64,000 bases of DNA from Burkholderiaceae bacterium (GTDB lineage Bacteria; Pseudomonadota; Gammaproteobacteria; Burkholderiales; Burkholderiaceae): NCBI GenBank assembly GCA_037139315.1, contig JBAXGQ010000002.1, positions 425-64,424 on the forward strand, read 5' to 3'. A model generated the notes under the pieces. That model had not been told where the DNA came from, made no database searches, and worked only from the letters and a program-made list of their open reading frames with translations. Made by a program: the position numbers and the translations under genes. This document shows, piece after piece, positions 33,852-45,288 of this stretch; within the stretch, counting starts at the first letter, position 1, and each line of letters starts with the position of its first letter.

Positions 33852-34654
33852 TGGTAAATTTAGCGCTCCATAAAACCCTTGATTTTTTTGCCGACCTGGG
33901 GTTTTTTATACGTAGTAATGTTACCGACCTCGGTTATGCGACGCGCATGTTTTTGGCGATTGTGTGGCGTTCTGGCTCGCTATTGCGTAGGCCCAGTTTA
34001 GTTTTAGATCAAATTCTTTTTCTGGGTAACAATTCATTTGTCATCATTGCAGTCTCCGGTTTATTTGTAGGTTTTGTCTTGGGCTTGCAAGGCTATTACA
34101 CCTTAAACCGTTATGGCTCAGAGCAAGCACTAGGCTTATTGGTGGCTTTATCTTTGACGCGTGAGCTTGGCCCAGTAATTACGGCGCTGCTTTTTGCTGG
34201 GCGTGCTGGAACTTCTTTGACGGCTGAAATTGGTTTAATGAAAGCAGGCGAACAACTAACCGCGATGGAAATGATGGCAGTCGATCCTTTACGGCGCGTG
34301 ATGGCACCACGCTTATGGGCCGGAATGATTTCAATGCCTATTTTGGCGACCATCTTTACAGCCATCGGTATTTTTGGCGGTTATTTAGTTGGAGTACCCC
34401 TAATAGGCGTGGATACCGGGGCATTTTGGGCGCAGATGCAAGGCGGGGTCGATTTATTTAGCGATATTGGCAATGGTTTTATTAAAAGCATTGTCTTTGG
34501 CGTAGCCGTCACCTTTATTGCCTTGTATCAAGGCTATGAAGCTAAGCCAACGCCAGAGGGCGTTTCGCGCGCCACTACGCGTACAGTAGTGCTATCTTCC
34601 TTGACGGTCTTGGCGCTTGATTTTTTACTAACTGCCTTGATGTTTTCGAATTGA
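33851..34654 (+). CDS. mlaE: Mla ABC transporter permease
   Basis: 267 aa, multi-pass. [25 protein letters not shown] is the MlaE/Ttg2B signature. Confidence 0.88.
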   Translation: MVNLALHKTLDFFADLGFFIRSNVTDLGYATRMFLAIVWRSGSLLRRPSLVLDQILFLGNNSFVIIAVSGLFVGFVLGLQGYYTLNRYGSEQALGLLVALSLTRELGPVITALLFAGRAGTSLTAEIGLMKAGEQLTAMEMMAVDPLRRVMAPRLWAGMISMPILATIFTAIGIFGGYLVGVPLIGVDTGAFWAQMQGGVDLFSDIGNGFIKSIVFGVAVTFIALYQGYEAKPTPEGVSRATTRTVVLSSLTVLALDFLLTALMFSN

Positions 34655-34682
34655 AATATTGAGGGAATAAACTGAGATTCTT

Positions 34683-35177
34683 ATGAGAAAAAGAGCAATT
34701 GATATTTGGGTAGGATTATTTGTCGCTATTGGCCTATTGGCCGCTTTATTTTTAGCGCTGAAAGTGGGCAATATGAACGCCATTTCATTTCAACCCACCT
34801 ACACTGTAACGGCACGCTTTGACAATATTGGCGGACTAAAACCACGTGCGCCAGTGAAAAGTGCCGGGGTAGTCGTAGGTCGGGTGGGCAGCATTTCGTT
34901 TGATGACAACACGTATCAAGCCACCGTACTCTTAACCCTCGATACAAATTATAAATTCCCACAAGATTCCTCGGCGAAAATTTTGACTTCGGGTTTGTTG
35001 GGAGAGCAATATATCGGTCTTGAAGCCGGCGGCGCCGACAAGATGTTGGTGCAAGGTAGCAAAATTACCCAGACGCAATCAGCCATCGTGCTTGAAAGTT
35101 TGATTAGTCAATTTTTATATAACAAAGCTGCCGATAGCGGACAAGATAAAGGCAGCAACACAGGCGCAAGTAAGTGA
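34683..35177 (+). CDS. mlaD: MCE-domain periplasmic protein MlaD
   Basis: 164 aa; N-terminal TM anchor plus an MCE domain (FDNIGGLKPRAPVKSAGVVVGRV). Confidence 0.88.
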   Translation: MRKRAIDIWVGLFVAIGLLAALFLALKVGNMNAISFQPTYTVTARFDNIGGLKPRAPVKSAGVVVGRVGSISFDDNTYQATVLLTLDTNYKFPQDSSAKILTSGLLGEQYIGLEAGGADKMLVQGSKITQTQSAIVLESLISQFLYNKAADSGQDKGSNTGASK

Positions 35178-35917
35178 AAATAGGTTTGCGGCGTGCTTTT
35201 TTAGCGCTCGTATCGACGCTGTTATTCGCTTGCGCGAGTATTCCTGCTGGCACTCAACCTTCTGAGGCCGATCCTTGGGAGCCCATGAATCGGGCCGTGT
35301 TTGCTTTTAATGAGGTACTCGATGAGTATCTGCTCAAACCAATTACGGCAGCATATCGTTTTATATTGCCTGAAATAGTCCGTGATGGTATTTACAACGT
35401 TTTTGGAAACTATAACGATATTTATACAGCCTTAAATAATTTATTACAGGGCAAGCCTGCTTTGGCGTTTAATGATTTCATGCGCGTAATGGTCAATACC
35501 ATTTTTGGGCTTGGCGGCCTGCTTGATGTTGCTACCCCTGCAGGCTTAGAGAAGCACAAGGAAGATTGGGGTCAAACCTTTGGCGTTTGGGGTGTGCCAG
35601 CAGGCCCCTATGTCGTGTTGCCCTTTTTTGGTCCAAGTTCAGTGCGCGATACTTTTGGCACGATTGCCGATCTCGAGAGCGACTATTTATTTACTTATGT
35701 AAAAGACATTGGTTTACGTAACTCAATTACTGCGTTACGGGTAATTAATGCCCGTAATACGTATTACGAAGCAGGCGATTTGCTAGAAGGTGCGGCAATC
35801 GATAAGTACACCTTTTTAAGAGATTCTTATATTCAGCGGCGCGCATATCAAATAAATGACGGACGAACTTCCGATAAAGAGCCATTAATGCCGCCTTATG
35901 AAAACCCATACGAGTAA
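35174..35917 (+). CDS. mlaA: Outer-membrane lipoprotein MlaA/VacJ
   Basis: 247 aa with a GTG start and lipobox LFAC; DPWEPMNRAVFAFN is the VacJ signature. Confidence 0.88.
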   Translation: MKIGLRRAFLALVSTLLFACASIPAGTQPSEADPWEPMNRAVFAFNEVLDEYLLKPITAAYRFILPEIVRDGIYNVFGNYNDIYTALNNLLQGKPALAFNDFMRVMVNTIFGLGGLLDVATPAGLEKHKEDWGQTFGVWGVPAGPYVVLPFFGPSSVRDTFGTIADLESDYLFTYVKDIGLRNSITALRVINARNTYYEAGDLLEGAAIDKYTFLRDSYIQRRAYQINDGRTSDKEPLMPPYENPYE

Positions 35918-35984
35918 CTCTGGGCCAGAGAGGCTAAAATTAGCACTCGGTTATTGAGATCTATTATTACTAGAAAGTGTAAAT

Positions 35985-36629
35985 ATGTTGAAAGTAATTG
36001 CTTTTGGACTTTGTTTATTTAGTGCAGTAGCCTTGGCGCAGGGTGTGACTAGTCCAGCCCCAGTTACACCTCCCGATATGTCAACGCCAGACGGTATGAT
36101 AAAAGCGGTGGTAAGCGAGGTGATGGCAGCCGTGAAGGCTGATCCTGAAATTCAAAAAGGCAATATTCCCCGCATTGTTGAGCTAGTTGAAAAGAAAATT
36201 GTGCCCAATGCAGATATGCGTCGCACAACTGAAATGGCCATGGGTGTCAATTGGAAAAAAGCGACTCCTGAGCAGCAAACCCAACTCATCCAGGAGTTCA
36301 AAACGTTATTAATGCGGACATATTCTGGCGCCATTAGTCAATTACGCGATCAAACAATTCAGTTCAAGCCTTTGAGAGCTGCTGCCGATGATAAAGAGGT
36401 CACTGTAAGAACAGTAGTGCTGGGGCGTGGTGATCCTGTGCCCTTAGATTACCGTTTAGAAAAAACCGCAAATGGCTGGAAAGTCTATGACATGAATATT
36501 ATGGGTGTTTGGCTCATTGAGGCCTACCGTAATCAATTTACGAATCAAATCAGCCAAAATGGTATCGATGGACTCGTTAAGTTTTTACAAGAACGCAATA
36601 AAGCGTTAGCAGCTGGCAAGCCGAGTTAA
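35985..36629 (+). CDS. mlaC: Periplasmic phospholipid-binding protein MlaC/Ttg2D
   Basis: 214 aa with a signal peptide; Tol-tolerance family features (MRRTTEMAMGVNWKKATPEQQ, WKVYDMNIMGVWL). Confidence 0.85.
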   Translation: MLKVIAFGLCLFSAVALAQGVTSPAPVTPPDMSTPDGMIKAVVSEVMAAVKADPEIQKGNIPRIVELVEKKIVPNADMRRTTEMAMGVNWKKATPEQQTQLIQEFKTLLMRTYSGAISQLRDQTIQFKPLRAAADDKEVTVRTVVLGRGDPVPLDYRLEKTANGWKVYDMNIMGVWLIEAYRNQFTNQISQNGIDGLVKFLQERNKALAAGKPS

Positions 36630-36677
36630 TGCTGTTCCATTACAAGCTGCTTTAATTTTTTATTACTAAATCCTTAC

Positions 36678-36941
36678 ATGCCCTATTTTTTGCCTGCCAC
36701 TGTAACCCTAAAAAATGCTAGCCAAATTGAAGCCGATGGCTTAGCTAACTGGGCAAATTTAAATGAAATTGACTGCCTTAATCTAAACCAATTCGACTCG
36801 TCATTGTTGGCAATTTTATTAAATTGGCGTAAAAAACGCTTAGCAGATCAAGGTTATTTTTTAGTCCTTAATGCGCCACCCAAGTTAGCAGTCTTAGCTC
36901 GTGTTTATGGCGTGGCAGAGTTGTTGGGCTTGCCCGCATGA
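36678..36941 (+). CDS. mlaB: STAS-domain protein MlaB
   Basis: 87 aa. The small STAS-like ORF sits at the end of the mla cluster (DSSLLAILLNWRK), and the position supports the call. Confidence 0.7.
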   Translation: MPYFLPATVTLKNASQIEADGLANWANLNEIDCLNLNQFDSSLLAILLNWRKKRLADQGYFLVLNAPPKLAVLARVYGVAELLGLPA

Positions 36942-37690
36942 CACTAGCGATTCGGGTTGACCATGTTTATAAAAATTATGGTGAATTACGCGCTTTAAAT
37001 GATGTCTCGCTTGAAATAGAGCAAGGTGAATTTTTTGGTTTACTTGGCCCCAATGGCGCAGGTAAAACGACCTTAATTTCAATTTTGGCGGGCTTATGTC
37101 GGGCTGATGTTGGCTTAGTTGAGGTTATGGGTACCAATGTTCAAACCGATTTCCGTTTAGCGCGCAGACTCCTCGGAGTAGTACCTCAAGAGCTAGTCTT
37201 CGACCCCTTTTTTACGGTACGTGAAGCCTTACGTTTTCAATCAGGCTATTTTGGGCTGCGTAACAATGAGGATTGGATTGATGAAATCATGGCTAATCTT
37301 GACCTCACCAGTAAGGCAAATAGTAATATGCGGACGCTGTCAGGCGGCATGAAACGCCGCGTATTAGTAGCACAAGCCTTGGTCCATCGCCCTCCTGTCA
37401 TTGTGCTAGATGAACCCACTGCGGGAGTTGATGTCGAGTTGCGCCAGTCCTTATGGCAATTTGTTAGTCGCCTTAATCAAGACGGCCACACCATTGTCTT
37501 AACTACCCATTATTTAGAAGAAGCCGAAGCGCTATGTCAACGCATTGCAATGCTAAAGCAAGGGCAAATTGTGGCCTTAGATACCACCGCAAACTTACTG
37601 AACCGCTATGGTGTCACTGCTAAAAGTGGCAGTGCAGACGTCGACCTAGAAGATGTTTTTGTCAATATCATGGCGCGCGATTTAGTATGA
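36938..37690 (+). CDS. ABC-2-type exporter ATP-binding protein (YadG-like)
   Basis: 250 aa; Walker A GPNGAGKTT, signature LSGGMKRR, Walker B VLDEPTAGVD. Confidence 0.88.
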   Translation: MTLAIRVDHVYKNYGELRALNDVSLEIEQGEFFGLLGPNGAGKTTLISILAGLCRADVGLVEVMGTNVQTDFRLARRLLGVVPQELVFDPFFTVREALRFQSGYFGLRNNEDWIDEIMANLDLTSKANSNMRTLSGGMKRRVLVAQALVHRPPVIVLDEPTAGVDVELRQSLWQFVSRLNQDGHTIVLTTHYLEEAEALCQRIAMLKQGQIVALDTTANLLNRYGVTAKSGSADVDLEDVFVNIMARDLV

Positions 37691-38466
37691 AGTCGATGCC
37701 AATTACTTACGGTAGTGGCTTTCCCACGCTTTTATATAAAGAGGTATTACGTTTTTATAAAGTCAGTTTTCAGACTGTTGCTGCTCCAGTATTAACGGCT
37801 ATTCTGTATTTATTGATCTTTGGACAAGTTTTACAAGGCAAAGTCCTGGTCTATGAGCGCATTAGCTACATTGCGTTTTTAGTACCAGGTTTAGTGATGA
37901 TGAGCTTATTACAAAATGCTTTTGCTAATACTTCGTCCTCGCTCATTCAGTCGAAAATTATGGGTAATTTAATTTTTGTACTTTTAGCACCATTAAGCTC
38001 ATTTGAGTTTTATGCCGCGTATGTGATTGCCGCAATTGTGCGCGGTATCGCAGTAGCAGCAGGGGTTTTATTGATCACTGTCTGGTTTGTACCGCCGAGT
38101 TTTGAATATCCTCTCTGGATCGTGGTATTTGCATTATTGAGCGCAGCGATATTAGGTGGCATGGGATTGATAGCCGGCATTTGGGCCGATAAATATGATC
38201 AGCTAGCCGCCTTTCAGAATTTTTTAATCATGCCGGCGACGATGTTATCTGGGGTCTTTTATTCGATTCATAGCTTGCCGCCAGTTTGGCAAATGATTTC
38301 GCATTTCAACCCATTCTTTTATATGATTGATGGTTTTCGCTACGGCTTTTTTGGCGTGTCTGATATTTCACCCTGGACTAGCCTCATGATCGTGGGCGGA
38401 TTCTTTATTGCAGTTTCAGTTCTTGCCCTGCGTTTATTGCAAACGGGTTTCAAATTACGTTATTAA
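37687..38466 (+). CDS. ABC-2-type exporter permease (YadH-like)
   Basis: 259 aa with about six TM segments. It overlaps the upstream ATPase gene by 4 bp. Confidence 0.85.
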   Translation: MKSMPITYGSGFPTLLYKEVLRFYKVSFQTVAAPVLTAILYLLIFGQVLQGKVLVYERISYIAFLVPGLVMMSLLQNAFANTSSSLIQSKIMGNLIFVLLAPLSSFEFYAAYVIAAIVRGIAVAAGVLLITVWFVPPSFEYPLWIVVFALLSAAILGGMGLIAGIWADKYDQLAAFQNFLIMPATMLSGVFYSIHSLPPVWQMISHFNPFFYMIDGFRYGFFGVSDISPWTSLMIVGGFFIAVSVLALRLLQTGFKLRY

Positions 38467-38485
38467 AAATTGACTTGGAATAAAT

Positions 38486-38734
38486 ATGTTACCTACACCA
38501 GAACAAATTGAGTCTTACATTAAACAGAGTATTACTTGTACTCATTTAATGGTTGAAGGCGATGGCCAACATTTTTATGCCACGATTGTGAGCCCAGATT
38601 TTGAAGGTAAGCGCTTGGTTCAGCGCCATCAGCTAGTTTATGCAGCGATGGGAGAGCGCATGAAGGCAGAGGTACACGCACTTTCTATTAAGGCATTTAC
38701 GCCGACTGAATACCTTAAAAATAAGCAGGCTTAA
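38486..38734 (+). CDS. ibaG: BolA-family protein (IbaG/YrbA-like)
   Basis: 82 aa; BolA-type pattern ([28 protein letters not shown]) in the conserved position upstream of murA. Confidence 0.8.
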   Translation: MLPTPEQIESYIKQSITCTHLMVEGDGQHFYATIVSPDFEGKRLVQRHQLVYAAMGERMKAEVHALSIKAFTPTEYLKNKQA

Positions 38735-38745
38735 AAAGCGCCACG

Positions 38746-40008
38746 ATGGATAAGCTTCTGATGACTGGTGGTAACCCCTTGCATGGCGAGGTTTTGATCG
38801 CTGGTGCAAAAAATGCTGCGTTACCTATTTTGTGTGCTTGCCTATTAACCACTGAACCGATCGAGCTAGAGAATGTGCCCGACCTGCAAGATGTGCGCAC
38901 CATGCTCAAAATTTTGCAACAAATGGGCGTGTCAGTTAGCTTCCCCGAACCCGATAAACGCAGTCGAATAATCTTACAGGCTGCGCATATTCCGCGGCCC
39001 GAAGCAACCTATGAGATGGTTAAAACCATGCGGGCCTCTATTTTGGTTTTGGGACCTTTGTTAACCAGAATGCATAGTGCCAAAGTATCTTTGCCCGGCG
39101 GTTGCGCAATTGGGGCGCGACCGGTTGATCAGCATATTAAAGGGTTAAGGGCGATGGGTGCAAGCATCAAAATTAAAGGCGGATACATACAGGCTCAAGC
39201 AGAACGCCTTGTAGGCGCGACGATTTTGACCGACATGATTACGGTGACTGGTACTGAAAATTTATTAATGGCAGCCTGTCTGGCTAAAGGCACCACAATT
39301 TTAGAAAATGCAGCACGCGAACCCGAGGTTGGTGATTTGGCTGAATTACTCGTAAAGATGGGAGCCAAGATTTCAGGGCTAGGGACAGATCGTCTAGTAA
39401 TTGAGGGAGTCGAGCAGCTTCATGGTGCCCAACACACCATTATTCCGGACCGCATCGAAGCAGGTACATTCCTATGTGCTGTCGCTGCTACAGGAGGTGA
39501 TATTTTGGTGAAGCAATGCCGCCCTGATAATTTAGAGGCCTTGCTTGCGAAGCTCAGCGATGCGGGCTTAAAAATGGTAATAGGCCCCGATTGGATTAAG
39601 GCAAGTATGGCTGGTCGCCCTAAGGCAGTAAGTTTTGCAACCTCCGAATACCCTGCTTTTCCGACCGATATGCAGGCGCAGTTTATGGTTTTAAATGCCC
39701 TAGCTAGTGGTGACGCTACCATGACCGAAACCATTTTTGAAAACCGCTTTATGCATGTGCAAGAACTCAATCGCCTGGGCGCTGATATTTCCATTGATGG
39801 CAATACTGCCATGGCCCAAGGGGTTGAAAGCTTATCTGGCGCCATTGTTATGGCTACCGATTTGCGCGCCTCAGCCAGTTTAGTCATAGCTGGCTTGGCG
39901 GCCCAAGGCGAAACCCAAGTTGAGCGTATTTACCATCTCGACCGGGGATATGATCGGATGGAACAAAAATTGACACAAATAGGCGCGAACATCCAGCGCG
40001 TGAAATAA
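38746..40008 (+). CDS. murA: UDP-N-acetylglucosamine 1-carboxyvinyltransferase
   Basis: 420 aa; [10 protein letters not shown] and the active-site [15 protein letters not shown]. Confidence 0.97.
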   Translation: MDKLLMTGGNPLHGEVLIAGAKNAALPILCACLLTTEPIELENVPDLQDVRTMLKILQQMGVSVSFPEPDKRSRIILQAAHIPRPEATYEMVKTMRASILVLGPLLTRMHSAKVSLPGGCAIGARPVDQHIKGLRAMGASIKIKGGYIQAQAERLVGATILTDMITVTGTENLLMAACLAKGTTILENAAREPEVGDLAELLVKMGAKISGLGTDRLVIEGVEQLHGAQHTIIPDRIEAGTFLCAVAATGGDILVKQCRPDNLEALLAKLSDAGLKMVIGPDWIKASMAGRPKAVSFATSEYPAFPTDMQAQFMVLNALASGDATMTETIFENRFMHVQELNRLGADISIDGNTAMAQGVESLSGAIVMATDLRASASLVIAGLAAQGETQVERIYHLDRGYDRMEQKLTQIGANIQRVK

Positions 40009-40015
40009 TTGCCTA

Positions 40016-40645
40016 ATGAAGTTAACTCTAGCCCTTTCGAAGGGGCGTATCTTCGAAGAATCAATGGCAATCCTCAGTCGGGTTGGAATTCGCCCCTTAG
40101 AGGATCCTGAAAAATCACGTAAGCTCATTCTTGAGACTTCGCATGCTGATGTTCGCCTGATTATTGTGCGGGCTGCCGACGTGCCTACCTATGTGCAATT
40201 TGGCGGTGCCGACTTTGGCGTCGCTGGCTTAGATAGCTTGCTTGAAAAAGGTAGCGAAGGTTTATATGTGCCACTTGATTTAGGCATTGCGCAATGTCGG
40301 ATGTCGGTTGCAGTCCGCGCTGGCTTTGATTATGCTGCAGCAGTTCAGTCGGGCTCGCGTTTACGTGTTGCCACTAAATATGTGAATTGCGCGCGCGATC
40401 ACTTTGCCAACAAAGGTGTTCATGTTGACACTATTCAGTTATATGGCTCGATGGAGTTAGCGCCTTTAGTTGGTTTGGCTGATGCGATCGTCGACTTGGT
40501 CTCAACGGGCAATACGTTAAAAGCCAACGGTTTGGTTGAGGTTGAACACATTGCTGATATTAGCGCGCGTTTGATTGTTAATCAGGCCGCTTATAAACGT
40601 AAGCGCAGCCAAATACAGCCCCTTCTAGACCAATTGCAGCCATGA
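40016..40645 (+). CDS. hisG: ATP phosphoribosyltransferase, short form
   Basis: 209 aa; LALSKGRI...[17 protein letters not shown]...[14 protein letters not shown]. Confidence 0.95.
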   Translation: MKLTLALSKGRIFEESMAILSRVGIRPLEDPEKSRKLILETSHADVRLIIVRAADVPTYVQFGGADFGVAGLDSLLEKGSEGLYVPLDLGIAQCRMSVAVRAGFDYAAAVQSGSRLRVATKYVNCARDHFANKGVHVDTIQLYGSMELAPLVGLADAIVDLVSTGNTLKANGLVEVEHIADISARLIVNQAAYKRKRSQIQPLLDQLQP

Positions 40646-41973
40646 GCGCAAGTGTGAAAATTCAGCGGCTCGAAAGCGGTGCGGCTAATTTTCAGCAAAC
40701 CCTGCTAGCGAGCCTCTCTATTCCGCTTGCTGACGATGCGGCAATTGATCTGAAGGCAGCAGAAATTATTCTGGCAATTCAAACGCAAGGCGATGAAGCT
40801 TTGCTTAGGTATACCAATCAATTTGATCGCTTACAGGTAAAAACCGCCAGCGCCTTAGAAATTCTACGCAGTGATCTAGAAAAGGCCTATTTAGAATTAC
40901 CAGCTGACCAGTCTCAGGCTTTGAATAGTGCAGCCATGCGCATCCGTAGCTATCATGATCAGCAACGCCTATATGCCGGCTGTCAAACGTGGGATTACAC
41001 CGAAGCCGATGGTACGCGGCTGGGACAAAAAGTGACCGCGCTGGATCGAGTAGGTATTTATGTGCCTGGGGGAAAAGCAGCTTATCCATCATCCGTATTA
41101 ATGAATGCCATTCCAGCCAAAGTGGCCGGTGTGTCTGAAGTCATTATGGTAGTGCCAACTCCCGATGGTAGTCGCAATAATTTAGTTTTGGCAGCCGCGT
41201 GGTTGGCGGGAGTAGACCGGGTTTTTACGATTGGCGGTGCTCAAGCAGTCGCTGCGCTCGCCTATGGCACAGCTACGATTCCTGCGGTCGATAAAATTGT
41301 TGGACCCGGTAATGCCTATGTTGCTGCCGCTAAGCGTAGGGTGTTTGGTAAGGTTGGTATTGATATGATTGCGGGGCCTTCAGAAATTTTAATTATTTGT
41401 GATGGCACTAGTAATCCCGATTGGGTTGCAATGGATTTATTTTCACAAGCCGAGCATGATGAGCTCGCCCAATCAATCTTGGTTTGTCCTGATGCCAATT
41501 TTATAAATCAAGTCGATGCGAGTATGCAAAGATTCTTGCCGGAAATGCCGCGCCAAGAGGTGATTCGTTCTTCTTTATCGAAGCGGGCATTGTTCATTCA
41601 GGTAAATGATATGCAGCAAGCTTGCGAAATTGCTAACACCATAGCACCTGAGCATTTAGAAATTTGTGCACAAGATGCGCGGCAATGGGCAGAGTTGATT
41701 CGCCACGCCGGCGCCATTTTTATGGGTAATTACACTAGTGAATCGTTAGGCGATTATTGTGCAGGACCAAACCATGTATTACCAACGGCCCGTACGGCTC
41801 GCTTTTCTTCGCCATTAGGTGTCTATGATTTCATCAAACGGTCGAGCATGATTGAAGTAAGCGAAGCTGGGGCGCAAACTCTCGGTCAAATCGCCAGCAC
41901 CCTCGCCCACGGCGAAGGCTTGCAAGCCCATGCTCGCGCCGCAGAAATGCGCATCAAAAAATCTCGCGCTTAG
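40642..41973 (+). CDS. hisD: Histidinol dehydrogenase
   Basis: 443 aa; [10 protein letters not shown]...SQAEHD...APEHLE...[13 protein letters not shown]. Confidence 0.96.
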   Translation: MSASVKIQRLESGAANFQQTLLASLSIPLADDAAIDLKAAEIILAIQTQGDEALLRYTNQFDRLQVKTASALEILRSDLEKAYLELPADQSQALNSAAMRIRSYHDQQRLYAGCQTWDYTEADGTRLGQKVTALDRVGIYVPGGKAAYPSSVLMNAIPAKVAGVSEVIMVVPTPDGSRNNLVLAAAWLAGVDRVFTIGGAQAVAALAYGTATIPAVDKIVGPGNAYVAAAKRRVFGKVGIDMIAGPSEILIICDGTSNPDWVAMDLFSQAEHDELAQSILVCPDANFINQVDASMQRFLPEMPRQEVIRSSLSKRALFIQVNDMQQACEIANTIAPEHLEICAQDARQWAELIRHAGAIFMGNYTSESLGDYCAGPNHVLPTARTARFSSPLGVYDFIKRSSMIEVSEAGAQTLGQIASTLAHGEGLQAHARAAEMRIKKSRA

Positions 41974-41986
41974 CGCCGAATAAATA

Positions 41987-43051
41987 CTAAATAATTTCTT
42001 GTAATGCTTGAATGAGTTCAGAGTTTTGCTCGTCCGTGCCAATCGTAATGCGCAAATAATCTGCGATGCGCGGTAAATTAAAGTGCCGCACGACGATCCC
42101 TCTGGCCCTAAGAGTTTGATATAAATGCAAGCCAGTATGTTGAGGGTGGCGGGTAAAGACAAAATTGGCAGTCGAGGGGATAGTATTGAAACCTAGTTGA
42201 TCAAGGGCAGTAATTAATACTTTGCGGGTAGCAATCACTTTAGCGGATATCGCTTCTAAATAGTTTTGATCGGCAATCGCTGCGCGTGCACCAGCTTGCG
42301 CTAAACGTCCCAAGGGATAGGAATTAAAACTATTTTTCACCCGTTCTAGGCCCTCAATTAGGCGCGGATGACCCATGGCAAAACCTACCCGCAAACCTGC
42401 CAAAGCACGGGATTTTGAGAGCGTCTGAATGACTAATACATTTTCTGGGCAGGAGTCCCCTTGCAAGAGTGGCACGCACGATTCAGTACCGTAATCGACA
42501 TAGGCCTCATCAATCACGATGACTGAATTAGGATTAGTTTGGATGAGGCCAGCAATGGCTTTGCTTGCTAAAGCTCGCCCTGTGGGTGCATTAGGGTTGG
42601 GAAAAATAATCCCGCCATTTGGTTTGGCATAGTCCTCGAGGCAAATTTCAAAATTACTTCCCAAGGGAATAGTTTGTGCCTGAATGCCAAACAGTTTGCA
42701 GTACACCGGGTAAAAACTATACGTAATATCTGGAAATAAGACGGCTTGCTCATGTTTCAAAAGACCTAAAAAAACATGTGCCAAGACTTCATCAGAACCG
42801 TTCCCTAGAAAAATTTGGTCTACCGCTAAGCCGTATTGCTGGGCAATGATTTGTTTTAATTCGAAACCACTGGGGTCGGGATACAGCCGCAAATCAGGCG
42901 TATTTTGCTCGGCAATGGCTGTGAGTACCAGTGGCGAGGGTCCGTAAGGGCTTTCATTGGTATTTAGCTTCAGCAGCCGCTTCAATTGAGGCTGCTCACC
43001 TGGCACATAGGGGGTAAGGGTGTGAACTACAGGGCTCCAAAAGCGACTCAT
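41987..43051 (-). CDS. hisC: Histidinol-phosphate aminotransferase, encoded opposite to the surrounding his genes
   Basis: 354 aa; YVPGEQP...KLNTNESPYGPSP, NGSDEV, IVIDEAY and the PLP-lysine motif TLSKSRALAGLRVG. Confidence 0.9.
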   Translation of the reverse strand: MSRFWSPVVHTLTPYVPGEQPQLKRLLKLNTNESPYGPSPLVLTAIAEQNTPDLRLYPDPSGFELKQIIAQQYGLAVDQIFLGNGSDEVLAHVFLGLLKHEQAVLFPDITYSFYPVYCKLFGIQAQTIPLGSNFEICLEDYAKPNGGIIFPNPNAPTGRALASKAIAGLIQTNPNSVIVIDEAYVDYGTESCVPLLQGDSCPENVLVIQTLSKSRALAGLRVGFAMGHPRLIEGLERVKNSFNSYPLGRLAQAGARAAIADQNYLEAISAKVIATRKVLITALDQLGFNTIPSTANFVFTRHPQHTGLHLYQTLRARGIVVRHFNLPRIADYLRITIGTDEQNSELIQALQEII

Positions 43052-43131
43052 GAGTATAGGGGTAGTGTTGGGGAAGTGAGAATGATATTATGAGTCTTCA
43101 ATTAATACTTCGCCTTCCGGCGCACTGAAGC

Positions 43132-43719
43132 ATGCGGCAAGCCGACGTTACACGCAACACCTCAGAAACAAAAATCCACATTGTGCTCAATTTGGATGGT
43201 ACTGGACAGGCTGAATTAGCCTCTGGTGTTCCTTTTCTTGATCATATGCTCGATCAAATTGCGCGCCACGGCATGATTGATTTAAAGGTCAGCGCGAATG
43301 GCGATACCCATATTGACGATCATCATACGGTCGAAGATGTGGGCATCGCTTTGGGACAAGCGATTGCTAAAGCGGTCGGCGATAAAACAGGTATTACCCG
43401 TTATGGCTATGCTTACGTGCCTTTGGATGAGACGCTGTCCAGAGTAGTGATCGACTTTTCTGGACGTCCCGGCCTTGAATTTAATGTGCCGTTTACCCGG
43501 GCGCGGGTGGGCGATTTTGATGTCGATTTAAGTATTGAATTTTTCCGTGGATTTGTTAATCATGCTGGCGTAACTTTGCATATTGATAATTTACGTGGCG
43601 TGAATGCGCACCATCAAATCGAAACGGTTTTTAAGGCCTTTGGTCGTGCTTTGCGCATGGCTTTAACGATTGATCCGCGCGCCCCCAGTCTTGTTCCATC
43701 CACCAAGGGAAGTCTGTAA
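43132..43719 (+). CDS. hisB: Imidazoleglycerol-phosphate dehydratase
   Basis: 195 aa; RNTSETKI...[13 protein letters not shown]...[14 protein letters not shown]...[17 protein letters not shown]. Confidence 0.97.
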   Translation: MRQADVTRNTSETKIHIVLNLDGTGQAELASGVPFLDHMLDQIARHGMIDLKVSANGDTHIDDHHTVEDVGIALGQAIAKAVGDKTGITRYGYAYVPLDETLSRVVIDFSGRPGLEFNVPFTRARVGDFDVDLSIEFFRGFVNHAGVTLHIDNLRGVNAHHQIETVFKAFGRALRMALTIDPRAPSLVPSTKGSL

Positions 43720-43782
43720 TTATTTTCAAACCAGTTGAGAATAGCAAGATGGACCCATTAAAACCAAAAACTGAAGGCCGCT

Positions 43783-44436
43783 TTGGCACAACATATTGCC
43801 ATCGTTGATTACGGCATGGGAAACTTGCGCTCGGTGTATCAGGCGCTTAAGCAAGTGGCACCCAATACCGAAATTGTAATCGCGCGCACTGCTGCCGAAA
43901 TTCAACAAGCTCAACGGGTAGTTCTGCCTGGGCAAGGAGCGATGCCCGATTGCATGAAGCATTTGCAGGTCTCTGGTTTGCTAGAGGCAGTATTAAGTGC
44001 TGCAAAAACCAAGCCCCTATTAGGTATTTGTGTTGGTGAACAAATGCTCTTTGACAGTAGTGCTGAATCAGCTACAACAACAGCGACTCCGTGTTTGGGA
44101 TTAATTTCTGGCACGGTCGAACGCTTTTCTTTGGCTGGTCGGTTGCAGGCTGATGGCGCTGAATTTAAAGTCCCCCATATGGGTTGGAATCAAGTACGGC
44201 AGGATAAGCCCCACTTTCTTTGGACTGGCATACCTGACCTCAGCAATTTTTATTTTGTCCATAGTTTTTATGCAGTGCCTACCCGCCCCGAAGATACCGT
44301 TGGGTCAACTGAATATGGCGCATGGTTTACTTCTGCCGTGGCGCGCGATAATATTTTTGCGACGCAATTTCACCCGGAAAAAAGTGCAGAATACGGGTTA
44401 ATGTTGTATCGTAATTTTGTTGCTTGGCAACCTTAG
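43783..44436 (+). CDS. hisH: Imidazole glycerol phosphate synthase, glutaminase subunit
   Basis: 217 aa with a TTG start; [13 protein letters not shown], the nucleophile motif GICVGEQM, and [10 protein letters not shown]. Confidence 0.95.
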   Translation: MAQHIAIVDYGMGNLRSVYQALKQVAPNTEIVIARTAAEIQQAQRVVLPGQGAMPDCMKHLQVSGLLEAVLSAAKTKPLLGICVGEQMLFDSSAESATTTATPCLGLISGTVERFSLAGRLQADGAEFKVPHMGWNQVRQDKPHFLWTGIPDLSNFYFVHSFYAVPTRPEDTVGSTEYGAWFTSAVARDNIFATQFHPEKSAEYGLMLYRNFVAWQP

Positions 44437-44461
44437 ATTAACTACCTATGTCGATTTTATT

Positions 44462-45217
44462 ATGCTGCTAATTCCTGCAATTGATATCAAAGATGGGCAA
44501 TGCGTTCGTTTAGAGCAAGGTGATATGGAGCGTGCCACCGTTTTTTCTACTGACCCAGCAGCGATGGCAAAACACTGGATTTCCAAAGGTGCACGGCGCT
44601 TACATTTAGTTGATTTAAATGGCGCCTTTGCGGGCAAACCTAAAAATGAATTAGCCATCAAAGCGATTTTAAAAGCCGTAGGCGACGAGATACCCGTTCA
44701 GCTCGGTGGTGGTATTCGCGATTTAGAAACCATCGAACGACTCTTAGATGATGGGATTAAAACCATCATTATTGGTACGGCTGCAGTTAAAAACCCTGGA
44801 TTTTTACAAGACGCCTGCACTGCATTTAGCGGCCATATTATGGTTGGCATCGATGCGCGTGATGGTAAGGTTGCTACCGATGGTTGGAGCAAGCTAACGG
44901 GCCATGAAGTAATAGATCTGGGTAAGAAATTTGAAGACTATGGAGTAGAGGCGATTATCTATACTGATATTGGTCGCGATGGCATGTTACAAGGCATTAA
45001 TCTCGAAGCGACTTTAAAGCTGGCGCAAGCCGTGCGCATTCCCGTCATTGCTAGCGGAGGTTTGTCTAGTAACGCGGATATCGATGCCTTGTGTGCGATT
45101 GAAAACGAAGGTGTCATGGGGGTGATCGCCGGTCGCTCCATCTATTCAGGCGATTTAGATTTAACAGTAGCACAGCAATACGCCGATCAGTTAACTGAAA
45201 AATTGCGCCAAGCCTAG
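44462..45217 (+). CDS. hisA: ProFAR isomerase
   Basis: [17 protein letters not shown] is the canonical HisA N-terminus at the internal ATG 44462. The ORF-track start at 44417 would overlap hisH. Confidence 0.95.
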   Translation: MLLIPAIDIKDGQCVRLEQGDMERATVFSTDPAAMAKHWISKGARRLHLVDLNGAFAGKPKNELAIKAILKAVGDEIPVQLGGGIRDLETIERLLDDGIKTIIIGTAAVKNPGFLQDACTAFSGHIMVGIDARDGKVATDGWSKLTGHEVIDLGKKFEDYGVEAIIYTDIGRDGMLQGINLEATLKLAQAVRIPVIASGGLSSNADIDALCAIENEGVMGVIAGRSIYSGDLDLTVAQQYADQLTEKLRQA

Positions 45218-45288
45218 CCATGAATAGCTTAGGCGAGCGCGCCAAATGATTGCGATAGCAAATGAAATTCTCCTGATGTTGGCTACTG

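Noticed and set aside
35918-35930. 13-nt palindrome CTCTGG-G-CCAGAG right after the mlaA stop.
   Set aside because: It is too short, has no T-tract for a terminator, and I noticed no second copy. It is not interpretable from sequence alone.
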